In this document: one piece after another, positions 55,236-64,000 of the stretch
How positions within the stretch are numbered: position 1 is the first letter of the stretch
How the letters are laid out: every line of letters begins with the position of its first letter
From: Mantamonas sphyraenae STR306
Lineage: Eukaryota; Protista; CRuMs
Reading direction: 5' to 3'
NCBI GenBank assembly: GCA_026936335.1
Contig: JAPMXV010000052.1
Location: 186,001-250,000, forward strand
DNA: 64,000 nt
The notes under the pieces: model-generated
Databases searched by the model: none
What the model saw: the letters and a program-made list of their open reading frames with translations, nothing else
Told to the model about the DNA's origin: nothing
Made by a program: the position numbers and the translations under genes

Positions 55236-56636
55236 TCATGCGGATGCCGCGGACAGCAGCTCTTCGCATGCGTTTCTCTCCTCTTCAACAAGCGTGTAGG
55301 ACGGATTCAACGCCAGCGCGCGGTCGAAACACACCATGGCCTCCTGGTAGCGGCCTAGGGCACACAGAGCGCGTCCTTTGTGACGATGGGCGTTGGCAAA
55401 CGACTCGTCGATGGCCAACGCCTGGTCACAACACTCGATGGCCTCTTTGTGCTGCGTGAGCTTGTACAGCACGGCGGCCTTGTTGTTCCACGCATCCCTG
55501 AACCCCGAGTCGATCTGTAGCGCGCGGTCGAAGCACTCCACCGCCTCCGTAGAGCGCTCCATGCTGCCCAACGCAAAGCCTTTGTTGTTCCACGCGTCCA
55601 TAAAGTCAGGTTCCGTCTCCAGGGCCATGTCGCAACATGCAATGGCCTCTTTGAACATGCCCAGGCCGTTCAGGGCGTGCGACTTGTTCAGCAGTGCGGC
55701 TTGGTTGCGTGGGTCGATGTTCAACACTGCGTCGAAGCACTCCACAGCCTCTTCATACGCGTGTAGTTGCTCGTAGACGTCTCCTTTGCCGAGCAATGCC
55801 TCTTTGTACCCAGGGTCGATCTCCAGCGCTCGGTCGAAGCACTCCAAGGCCTCTGTGTGTTTGTCCATGCGCGCAAGCGTCCTGCCCTTGTTGTGCCATG
55901 CCTCACTGTAGGTAGAGTCGATCTCCAGCGCACATTCGAAGCACTCAATGGCCTCTGTGTAGTCGTGGAGTGCGAGGAGAGCCACGCCTTTTTTGTCCCA
56001 GGCGTACATGAAGCCAGGATCGATGCCCAGGGCGCAGTCGATGCATTCAATGGCTTCTTGGAACTTTCCTTGTTTGCACAGGACGCCACCCTTGTTGATC
56101 CACACGTACTGGAACGATGGGTCGATCTCCAGCGCCCGGTCGTAGCACTCAATCGCCCGGTGGTACTCGCAAAGCTCGTCGTAGGTGTTCCCCAGGTTAT
56201 ACCAGACGTCCTTATCGCCAGGATCCATCTCCAGGGCCTTGTCAAAGCATGCAATGGCCTCTGTGTGTTGCTTCATGTCTTCGAGTGCATTTCCTTTGTT
56301 GTTCCATGCCTCCATGTCCTCTGGGTTGACTTTCAGCGCACGGTCGTAGCACGCAATGGCCTCTGTGTACTCGCTCAGCTGGTGCAGGGTGTTGGCTTTG
56401 TTGAACCAGGCGTCCCTGTCGTCATAATTAATCTCTAGAGTGCGGTTGTAGCACTCAATGGCCTCTGTGTACTTTCCCAGGTCGTCCAGCGCATTCCCTT
56501 TGTTGTTCAGTGCCTCTGAGCACTTGGGATCGATCTCCAGCGCACGCTCGTAGCACGCAATGGCTTCCTGGTGTTGTCCTGCCTCGTTCAAGACGACACC
56601 ACGCATCCATTCGTCCACTGCACTGGCTTTGGACAT
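55236..56636 (-). CDS. Intronless TPR protein with ~13 repeats; upstream frame is continuous with a ROCO fragment
   Basis: 34-aa periodicity AWNNKG.AL..L..Y.EAI.CYDRALEIDP from MSKASAV onward. Confidence 0.9.
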   Translation of the reverse strand: MSKASAVDEWMRGVVLNEAGQHQEAIACYERALEIDPKCSEALNNKGNALDDLGKYTEAIECYNRTLEINYDDRDAWFNKANTLHQLSEYTEAIACYDRALKVNPEDMEAWNNKGNALEDMKQHTEAIACFDKALEMDPGDKDVWYNLGNTYDELCEYHRAIECYDRALEIDPSFQYVWINKGGVLCKQGKFQEAIECIDCALGIDPGFMYAWDKKGVALLALHDYTEAIECFECALEIDSTYSEAWHNKGRTLARMDKHTEALECFDRALEIDPGYKEALLGKGDVYEQLHAYEEAVECFDAVLNIDPRNQAALLNKSHALNGLGMFKEAIACCDMALETEPDFMDAWNNKGFALGSMERSTEAVECFDRALQIDSGFRDAWNNKAAVLYKLTQHKEAIECCDQALAIDESFANAHRHKGRALCALGRYQEAMVCFDRALALNPSYTLVEEERNACEELLSAASA

Positions 56637-56677
56637 GGTTGCAGAACAGTTTTGGGTTGGTGCGCGCTGCAACGCTG

Positions 56678-57132
56678 CTACCACGTCCACATGCCGTGTG
56701 TGTGGCTCATGCACAGCCACAATGTGCGGTGCATCCACAGGCCACACGTGCATCCAGTTCACATGCACCTGCACCGGCTCCTCCACACCTTCCCGATATC
56801 CCTCAATCAGCCGCACCTGCACCAGATTGAACAGCGCAGGCGGCAGCATGTGCCAATTCTCTGCCTGCCATGCCTCGATGTTTGGACAACTGAGGTGATA
56901 CTGCACCTAGGAAACCGAAATTGTATCTTTTGAACCCACCAGCCCACTCATCCAAGTGCTTTTGACATCTTTCTCACCCCTTCACCGCCTCACATTCACC
57001 CGATACTCCGTTCGATCATCATTCCACTCCCACAGCTGACGGTCTTTTTTGCCATCCACTCCTTCTTCGAGGAGGCGTTTCATCTGCGCCACATTGCCTT
57101 TCTCCAATGCAAGAATGACACTCATCCCATCC
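56678..57132 (-). pseudogene. Remnant of the third ROCO copy: ankyrin-like start plus COR fragment
   Basis: 56878-56678 encodes AWQAENWHMLPPALFNLVQVRLIE..HTRHVDVV, matching 57920-58120. About 57132-57040 encodes MDGMSVILALEKGNVAQMKRLLEEGVD, resembling an ankyrin N-cap. Confidence 0.7.
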
Positions 57133-57230
57133 ATCAGTTTCGTTGTCGCACTGGACGCAGCAGCAGCAGAGACACATGAAGAAGCAGGAGGGAGGAAACG
57201 AGGCCTTCTCTTGATTCTCCCAAGCTCTCT

Positions 57231-60200
57231 TTACACTCTGTATTCATCATCTTCTGCCACTTTTCCGGATTCCTCCGTCCCTGCTCTCTCCCCGCGCAGC
57301 TCTTCCAGATGCAGCTGCAGATCCACAACCACCACACGCAGTTCCTCCAACTCCTTGCCAGATGACGACGAAGACCCCAGTCCGTTCATCTCCTCCAGCG
57401 TCTGTGCCACCATCGATCTCACTGCATCCACGTCTGCGATTCCCCCGGCCCTGTGCTTCACCTGCAGCTCTGTCACCCAGCCCAGCAGCTGTGGATACTG
57501 CTTTGCCACTTTCTTGATCGCTTGCCATGACTTGCCCAGCCGCCGTTCCATGCTTCCGACGCGCGCCTCCATGTCTTTCCGCCACGCCTGCAGTTCCTTC
57601 AGTGCCTCTTTGTCATCCAGCACACGTCCATACAGCAGCGCCTGTGTATGGAGGTTGACTTTGTGCACCCTGCATGACCCGCACTTTTCTTTCTCCACAG
57701 TCGCCAGCTCCTGCACATCCACACGCAGCCCGTGCATCCCCCAGTCCATCCGCAGCACCTCCTCCACCTCTCCACTCGCCAAGCACCGGTGACACAGCGG
57801 ATAGCATCGCAGTCCACCCCCCAGTCCATCACACAGCCCACTCTCCTCTGCCACACCGCGCACAAGTGCCTCCACTTTGCCCATTGTCTCCACCACCCCA
57901 TCCCAACTACTGTGCGCCACCACCACGTCCACATGCCGTGTGTGTGGCTCATGCACAGCCACAATGTGCGGTGCATCCACAGGCCACACGTGCATCCAGT
58001 TCACATGCACCTGCTCTGGTTCCTCCACCCCGTTTGGGAATGCCTCAATCAGCCGCACCTGCACCAGATTGAACAGTGCAGGCGGCAGCATGTGCCAATT
58101 CTCTGCCTGCCATGCCTCGTCCTGCTCCTGCTCTTGCTCTTCGTCCTCCCCTTCCTTTTCCTGACCCGTCACCCATACGAACCGCCGTCCAATCCGACAT
58201 GTGTTCTCTGCCATCCACTCCCCAGGCAGCTCCATCTCCACCGTCCGCAGAAACGGAAACACAAGCGTCTCCCCACCCACACGTGCACACATCTCCACCT
58301 CACACAGCAGCTCCAGCAGCACATCCGCCACCGCATCCTCACCACCCCCACCACCTCCTCCTCCCCACAACTCCCCATGCAACCTCCCCACCTGCTCCCG
58401 CAATCCATCATCCCATTGCACGAGCCCATGGTGCTTCCCCTCTGCAATCTGCTTCCCTCTGTCCAGCCCTTGCACATGCTCCCCGCTCACAAACCCACCC
58501 ATCAGCTTTGCCAGCCACACAGGGTCCACCACAACCACCCCTGCGCCTCTGTGCCACACCACCTCCTGCATGTGGTGCAGTTCCTCCAGCGATGCATGAA
58601 AGATCCGCCCTCTGCTGCTCGGAAAGTGCTCTTTCGTCACCCAGTACTTCTTGACCAGTTGCATCAGCCTCTGATCCCTGATCCAAGGCTTGGCAAGCAT
58701 GCCGCTCTCCCGCAGTCCCTGCACATACTTCTGCAGCTCCACCGTCCCGCGTGGCACCATCCTGTCCTCTGCCAGTGCCACACTCGCTTCCTCCAGACCC
58801 CCCAACAACCCATCCACGTTGCCCTTCCACACATCCCCATCCACCACAAACACACCCTTCTCCGCATCCATCCGCAGCTGCTCGTACCTCCTCCCCCTCC
58901 TCCATCCCTCCACCCACCCTTGCACCATCCCACGTGCCTCTTCCCTCTCTACCCTCTCCCCCACCTTTACCTTCTCTCCCAGATCTGCATGTGTCACCAC
59001 AAACCACATCTGCGGCTTCTTCTTCCCTGCCACCTTGCTCGCCACCTTGCTGGCCACCATGTCCAGCCACACCTCCAGCTCCCCACGTGCTGCCTCCATG
59101 TCCACCTTGTACGCCCCTGCCTCCCCATCCCACGCCACCATCGATGCCACCAGCACAAACACCCCGCCCTGGCCCATCAACAGGTACTGGTGGCCCACCC
59201 AGTACTCTGCCTGTCCCCCATAGTCACTGATGCGCACACGCACATCTCCACCCCTCAGATCAAACTCGTACACATCCAACCCATGTGTCGCGTCCGTCGT
59301 CCTCTCCTCCCTGTCCAGCTTCCGCTTGCCCACCCTCCACCTGAACACCACCTTGCCCCACTCTCCCCACGAGCTGTTCCGCTTCATCGTGTCAATCAGC
59401 GTCGTTTTGCCCTGTCCACCGTGTCCCAGCACCATCCAATTGACCCATTCCCACGCCGTGTCCATCCTTCCCAGATACTCCACCACCGCTTTCACCCCCT
59501 TCTTCACCACAAACCCAGGCACATCGTCCAACGCCTCGTCATGCTCCAGTCGGAGCCACTGCAGCTCTTGCAAGCTGCCCATGACCTGTCTGGGCAGCAC
59601 GCTGATGCCCGATCTGCGCAGATCCAGCACACGCAGATCCACACACAGGCCAATCTCCTCCGGCAGCTCTGTCACATCACAATCACCGTCAGCCACCAAA
59701 CACAGCGCCTGTGCTTGGATGCAACGAGCAGCGGACAGCTCAGCAGCCAACTGCAGCGAGGTGGAGAACGACACAAGGCTATCCCGCTCAGCCCAGGCAC
59801 CCAGCATGGCCAAATGCGTCGACGGGTGCTTGCTTGCGGTGATTTCGAGTGGAGACCCTCCATACGCGGTGTTGAAAGTGGCATCTGCACCATGAGCGAT
59901 GAGAAGCGTCGCCATCTCTGTCTGTCCGATCTGTGCTGCATGGAACAGCGCTGTTTTCCCGAGCTTCTCTGTCTTGTCCACGTCTGCTCCCCTGTCCAGC
60001 AGCATCGTCACAATCTCTGGGTACTCGTTGCGTGCGGCGATGTACAACGGTGTCCACCCGTCCTTATCCGCCTTGTCCACGTCTGCTCCCCTGTCCAGCA
60101 GGATTGTGGCAGTCTCTGTGCGCCCGTTGCGTGCTGCACCGTTCAACGGTGTGCACCCGTTCACTGTTGCCTTGTCCACGTCTGCTCCCCTGTCCAGCAA

Positions 60201-60662
60201 CATCGACGCCGTCTTTGCATGCCCGTACTGTGCTGCAATGAACAACGGTGTCCACCCGTTCTTCAAAACCACGTCCACCTCTGCTCCCCTGTCCACCAGC
60301 ATCGCCGCAGTCTCCAGGTGCCCGCCCGCTGCTGCGATGTGCAACGGCGTCCACTCATCCTTCTTCCTCTTGTCCACAACTGCTCCCCTGTCCAGCAGCA
60401 TCGTCACAATCTCTGTGTGCCCTTTCTCTGCTGCAATGTGCAACGGCGTCCTCCCGTAGTTGTCCTCCTTGTCCACGTCTGCTCCCCTGTCCAGCAGCAG
60501 GTGTGCCGCGGTTGCTTTCCCCTCCCGCCCTGCTTCATGCAACGCTGTCCACCCATCCTCACCCTGCTCGTTCACATCTGCACCCCCGTCAATCCACTCT
60601 TCCATTGCACGTGTGTCCGCGTTCCTCACCGCTTCCATCATCGCTGTGGTCGTGTCGTTCAT
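57231..60662 (-). CDS. ANK-LRR-Roc-COR (ROCO) GTPase with a helical C-terminal tail, no kinase domain
   Basis: About 8 ankyrin repeats and LRRs (ELPEEIGLCVDLRVLDLRRSGISVLP). Roc motifs G1 GHGGQGKT, G2 ATHGLDV, G3 DYGGQAEY and G4 THAD. COR motif VVVDPVWL. Confidence 0.9.
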   Translation of the reverse strand: MNDTTTAMMEAVRNADTRAMEEWIDGGADVNEQGEDGWTALHEAGREGKATAAHLLLDRGADVDKEDNYGRTPLHIAAEKGHTEIVTMLLDRGAVVDKRKKDEWTPLHIAAAGGHLETAAMLVDRGAEVDVVLKNGWTPLFIAAQYGHAKTASMLLDRGADVDKATVNGCTPLNGAARNGRTETATILLDRGADVDKADKDGWTPLYIAARNEYPEIVTMLLDRGADVDKTEKLGKTALFHAAQIGQTEMATLLIAHGADATFNTAYGGSPLEITASKHPSTHLAMLGAWAERDSLVSFSTSLQLAAELSAARCIQAQALCLVADGDCDVTELPEEIGLCVDLRVLDLRRSGISVLPRQVMGSLQELQWLRLEHDEALDDVPGFVVKKGVKAVVEYLGRMDTAWEWVNWMVLGHGGQGKTTLIDTMKRNSSWGEWGKVVFRWRVGKRKLDREERTTDATHGLDVYEFDLRGGDVRVRISDYGGQAEYWVGHQYLLMGQGGVFVLVASMVAWDGEAGAYKVDMEAARGELEVWLDMVASKVASKVAGKKKPQMWFVVTHADLGEKVKVGERVEREEARGMVQGWVEGWRRGRRYEQLRMDAEKGVFVVDGDVWKGNVDGLLGGLEEASVALAEDRMVPRGTVELQKYVQGLRESGMLAKPWIRDQRLMQLVKKYWVTKEHFPSSRGRIFHASLEELHHMQEVVWHRGAGVVVVDPVWLAKLMGGFVSGEHVQGLDRGKQIAEGKHHGLVQWDDGLREQVGRLHGELWGGGGGGGGEDAVADVLLELLCEVEMCARVGGETLVFPFLRTVEMELPGEWMAENTCRIGRRFVWVTGQEKEGEDEEQEQEQDEAWQAENWHMLPPALFNLVQVRLIEAFPNGVEEPEQVHVNWMHVWPVDAPHIVAVHEPHTRHVDVVVAHSSWDGVVETMGKVEALVRGVAEESGLCDGLGGGLRCYPLCHRCLASGEVEEVLRMDWGMHGLRVDVQELATVEKEKCGSCRVHKVNLHTQALLYGRVLDDKEALKELQAWRKDMEARVGSMERRLGKSWQAIKKVAKQYPQLLGWVTELQVKHRAGGIADVDAVRSMVAQTLEEMNGLGSSSSSGKELEELRVVVVDLQLHLEELRGERAGTEESGKVAEDDEYRV

Positions 60663-60905
60663 TCACTCCCCTGCCGCACACGTCAGTCCCAGGGGTTCTC
60701 CTGCCGAAAATCACACGTCATCACACGCATTCCACCTCTACCGGCAATCTATCCACACGCACGCACCTTGGCTTTGCGTAATCGCCCTGCCCTGCCCGGC
60801 GCGACCACCGACTACAACCCGTCTCTCGTGCATCGAACGAACAACCGTGCTGCATTCACAACGGCGACGCACGTCGCATGTCGCATCACTCACTCTGTCC
60901 CCGCC

Positions 60906-63338
60906 TCACTTGTACTCGGCCACGAGGCCATTCCACTCGTCGATGAGCTCGGCGACGGTGATGACACCGCGGGCCTTTTCCGAGTCGCGAATCCTGACGT
61001 TGACAGAGCCGAGATCGTCGTCGTCGTCTCCATCGGGCATCTCCTTCTCGCCGACGACGAGCATGTAGTTGTACTGGGCCATCTGTGCATCGCGGACCTT
61101 TTTCTGCATCTTGCCCGAGCTGACGTCTGCGTCGACGTAAAAGCCGAGGGAGGAGAGGTGGCGGGCGAGACGCACGCAGTGGTCTGCACTCTTGTCGGTG
61201 ATGGGAATGATGGCGGCCTGGCGGGGCGAGAGCCAGAAGGGCCACTTGCCGGCGTTGTCCTCGCAGAGGATGCCGACAAAGCGCTCAAAGGAGCCGTAGA
61301 TGGCCCTGTGGATGATGACGGGGCGCTCAAAGTCGTCGCCGAGGTCGTCGTCGCCGTCGAGCTTCTGCTTGCCCTTGATGTCCTGGGCGTCGGCGTCGGC
61401 GTTGTCGGAGGAGGAGGAGCCTGCGCTTGCGGAGCCGCTGGCGCCGCGCTGGTACTCGAGCTTGAAGCGCTGCGGGAGCTGAAAGTCGAGCTGGATGGTT
61501 GCGCACTGGTGCCTGCGTCCGAGGGCGTCCTTGATCTTGATGTCGATCTTGGGGCCGTAAAAGGCGCCGTCGCCCGGGTTGAGGGCCCACTTGAAGCCGG
61601 AGCTGTTGAGGGCGTTTTCGAGCTCGGTCTCTGCAAAGTCCCAGAGGGCGGCGCCGCCGACGGCCTTTTCGGGCTTGGTGCTGAGCTCGAGCTCAAACTC
61701 AAAGTTGAAGACTTGGGTGTAGATGAACTGGAGAAAGTCGATGGCGCCGGCGACCTCGTCCTCGATCTGGTCGGGGCGGCAAAAGATGTGTGCGTCGTCC
61801 TGGACAAAGCGGCGCACGCGGGTGAGGCCGGTGAGGGTGCCGCTGGCCTCGTTGCGGTGGAGGACGCCAAACTCGGCGAGGCGCATGGGGAGCTCGCGGT
61901 AGGAGCGCTTGCGTGCGCCAAAGATGAGGCAGTGGCCCGGGCAGTTCATGGGCTTGATGCCCCAGTCCTTTTCCTCGACCTGAAAGGTAAACATGTCGTC
62001 GCGGTAGTGGTCCCAGTGGCCGGAGATCTTCCAGAGCTCGGCGTCAAACATGTTTGGGCTCATGACCTCGGTGAAGCCGCGCTTGCGGTACTGGGCCTTG
62101 ATGAGGTCGAGGAGCTTGTTGACGATGCGGGTGCCGTGGGGCAGGAAGAAGCAGGAGCCCGGGCTGTAGTCGGTGTTGAAGAAAAACAGCTCCTGCTGCT
62201 TGCCGATGTTGCGGTGGTTGCGCATTTCGGCCTCCTCGTAGCGCTGCTTGCACTGCTTCATGAGCTTCTTGTCGGGGAAGGAGACGCCGTAGACGCGCTG
62301 GAGCTGCTCGTTCTTGGCGTCGCCCTTGTAGTAGGCGGCGGAGCCGTCGCGGACCCAAAAGTGCTTGATCTTGCCGGTGCGCGGGACGTGGGGCCCGCGG
62401 CAGAGGTCGATGAGGTCGCCGCAGCGGTAGGCGGTGCAGGTTTCGCCCTCGGGCACCTTGTCGAGGATGGTCTGCTGCTTGAACTTGTTGTACTGGAACA
62501 TGTCGAGGGCCTGGTCGCGGGTGAGGACGAGGCGCTCAAAGGGGGCGTCGTCCTTGATGGCGGCCTGGCAGACCTTTTGGAGGGCGTCAAAGTCGTCGTT
62601 GGAGATCTTTGAGCCGTCGGGCATGTAGACGTCGTAGAAGAAGCCCTCCTCGATGGGGGGGCCCATGACGAGGTGTGCGCCGTAGGCCTTTTCGAGGGCC
62701 TGGCCGAGGATGTGTGCGCTGCTGTGCCAAAACACGTCCTGGGCCTCCTTGTCGTCAAACTTGAGGAGCTCGAGGACGCAGTCTGCGTCGAGGGGCCGGT
62801 GGAGGTCGCGGATCTGGCCGTCGACCTTTGCGGCGACGCTCTGGTTGGCGAGGCCCTGTGCAATGGAGGCGGCGATGGTGTACGGGGTGGCCTCGTGGGC
62901 GACGGCGGTAACGATGTCGCCGTCGACGCCGTCCTTGCGGAGGGTGACCTTGATTTCTGAGGGAGGCGGGAGGCAGGAGGGCGGGGTCAGTGGGCGCGGG
63001 AGGGGGGGGGCGGGGGCGGGGGGAAAGGGAGGGTTTCGGCGGAATGGCATGTGCGGGGAAATGGGCGGAGGGCGAGGGCGGAGGGCGGGCGTACCCTTGC
63101 GCTCGAGGGCGGCTTGGCGCTCCTGCTGCTCGGCCATGAGCTGGTCCCAGATCTGGATGCGGTGCTGGATAAAGTCTGGATTTTCGAGGGCGTTGGGGTT
63201 GAAGCTGGCCTGAGCTGGCTTTTTGGATGCCTTCTTGTTGGCCTTTTTGGGCTTGGGGGTGGAGTTGGAGGAGGAGTTGGAGGAGGAGGAGTTGGACGGG
63301 AGGTCCTTTGGGGGTTGTTCCTCTGCTTGTTGGCTCAT
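60906..63338 (-). CDS. TARS1: Threonyl-tRNA synthetase (cytoplasmic type); 2 exons
   Basis: Intron 63094-62957. Motifs FWHSSAHILG, DLCRGPH, KPMNCPGHC, HRNEASG..RVRRFVQDDAH, GDGAFYGPKID, QCATIQLDF and HRAIYGSFER. Confidence 0.97.
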   Translation of the reverse strand: MSQQAEEQPPKDLPSNSSSSNSSSNSTPKPKKANKKASKKPAQASFNPNALENPDFIQHRIQIWDQLMAEQQERQAALERKGTPALRPRPPPISPHMPFRRNPPFPPAPAPPLPRPLTPPSCLPPPSEIKVTLRKDGVDGDIVTAVAHEATPYTIAASIAQGLANQSVAAKVDGQIRDLHRPLDADCVLELLKFDDKEAQDVFWHSSAHILGQALEKAYGAHLVMGPPIEEGFFYDVYMPDGSKISNDDFDALQKVCQAAIKDDAPFERLVLTRDQALDMFQYNKFKQQTILDKVPEGETCTAYRCGDLIDLCRGPHVPRTGKIKHFWVRDGSAAYYKGDAKNEQLQRVYGVSFPDKKLMKQCKQRYEEAEMRNHRNIGKQQELFFFNTDYSPGSCFFLPHGTRIVNKLLDLIKAQYRKRGFTEVMSPNMFDAELWKISGHWDHYRDDMFTFQVEEKDWGIKPMNCPGHCLIFGARKRSYRELPMRLAEFGVLHRNEASGTLTGLTRVRRFVQDDAHIFCRPDQIEDEVAGAIDFLQFIYTQVFNFEFELELSTKPEKAVGGAALWDFAETELENALNSSGFKWALNPGDGAFYGPKIDIKIKDALGRRHQCATIQLDFQLPQRFKLEYQRGASGSASAGSSSSDNADADAQDIKGKQKLDGDDDLGDDFERPVIIHRAIYGSFERFVGILCEDNAGKWPFWLSPRQAAIIPITDKSADHCVRLARHLSSLGFYVDADVSSGKMQKKVRDAQMAQYNYMLVVGEKEMPDGDDDDDLGSVNVRIRDSEKARGVITVAELIDEWNGLVAEYK

Positions 63339-63407
63339 GGGTAGGTGTGGGGGGTTGTGGTGGGGAGGGGGGGCGGGGGCGGGGTGATCAAGTGGGTGGA
63401 GTGTGGA

Positions 63408-64000
63408 TGGATTGCGTTGCCCTGGACTGTCGTTGGATTCCATTGCCCTTGGTTGTCGTTGGATTCCATTGCCCTGGACTGTCGTTAGATTGGGTTGCTA
63501 TTGACTGGATTCCATTGCCCTTGGTTGTCGTTGGATTCCATTGCCCTGGACTGTCGTTGGATTCCATTGCCCTTGGTTGTCGTTGGATTCCATTGCCCTT
63601 GGTTGTCGTTGGATGGGTTGCCCTTGGTTGTCGTTGGATTCCATTGCCCTTGGTTGTCGTTGGATTCCATTGCCCTGGACTGTCGTTGGATTCCATTGCC
63701 CTTGGTTGTTGTTGGATTCCATTGCCCTGGACTGTCGTTGGATTCCGTTGCCCTGGACTGTCGTTGGATTCCATTGCCCTGGACTGTCGTTGGATTCCAT
63801 TGCCCTTGGTTGGATTCCATTGCCCTTGGTTGTCGTTGGATTCCGTTGCCCTGGACTGTCGTTGGATTCCATTGCCCTTGGTTGTCGTTGGATTCCGTTG
63901 CCCTGGACTGTCGTTGGATTCCATTGCCCTTGGTTGTCGTTGGATTCCGTTGCCCTGGACTGTCGTTGGATTCCATTGCCCTGGACTGTCGTTGGATTCT
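63408..64000. repeat. 26-bp tandem repeat array with two variants, running off the right edge
   Basis: Units GGATTCCATTGCCCTGGACTGTCGTT and GGATTCCATTGCCCTTGGTTGTCGTT are interspersed, more than 20 copies. Confidence 0.95.

Noticed and set aside
57732-62612. 1626-aa ORF on the + strand
   Set aside because: It is the antisense shadow of the ROCO and ThrRS genes. The His/Leu/Val-rich composition comes from codon bias and it has no motifs.
63388-63976. Repetitive ORFs (MESNDSPGQ...) or a possible CRISPR array
   Set aside because: The units are contiguous 26-mers with no unique spacers, the length is not a multiple of 3, and no cas genes are present. This is satellite DNA.
1-64000. tRNA, rRNA or other structured ncRNA genes
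   Set aside because: None were recognisable by eye. A covariance-model search would be needed to exclude small ncRNAs.

Overview
This is a 64-kb segment of a very compact, GC-rich eukaryotic (protist-like) nuclear genome. It has canonical GT-AG introns with CTGAC-type branch sites, and most intergenic gaps are only about 10-150 bp. The housekeeping backbone comprises an F-box/LRR/MATH protein, a kinesin, an NT-C2 (EEIG1/FAM102-like) protein, a TopBP1-like BRCT protein, a Gfo/Idh/MocA oxidoreductase, a C2-AGC kinase, riboflavin kinase, a TMEM181-like protein, an RRM protein, a CDF zinc transporter and threonyl-tRNA synthetase. Four things stand out. (1) A ~1907-aa receptor-like membrane protein (23762-17954, minus) combines three H-lectin-like domains, a GT2 fold and a caspase fold, and both enzyme folds have lost their catalytic residues. 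(2) A three-gene family of secreted prepro-proteins has an acidic propiece and a cationic Cys-rich core, and two members end in the identical tail DMGWCSWWKCCF. (3) A rearranged 43-61 kb block holds an ANK-LRR-ROCO array (one intact copy, one 5'-truncated, one remnant interrupted by a TPR gene) plus an inverted duplication of a 5' gene module that gives two unrelated genes the same first exons. (4) An ankyrin-PH protein carries three copies of a domain I do not recognise. Several 1-2 nt frameshifts in otherwise intact genes suggest residual assembly indels. All domain calls are by-eye motif recognition; no database searches were run.
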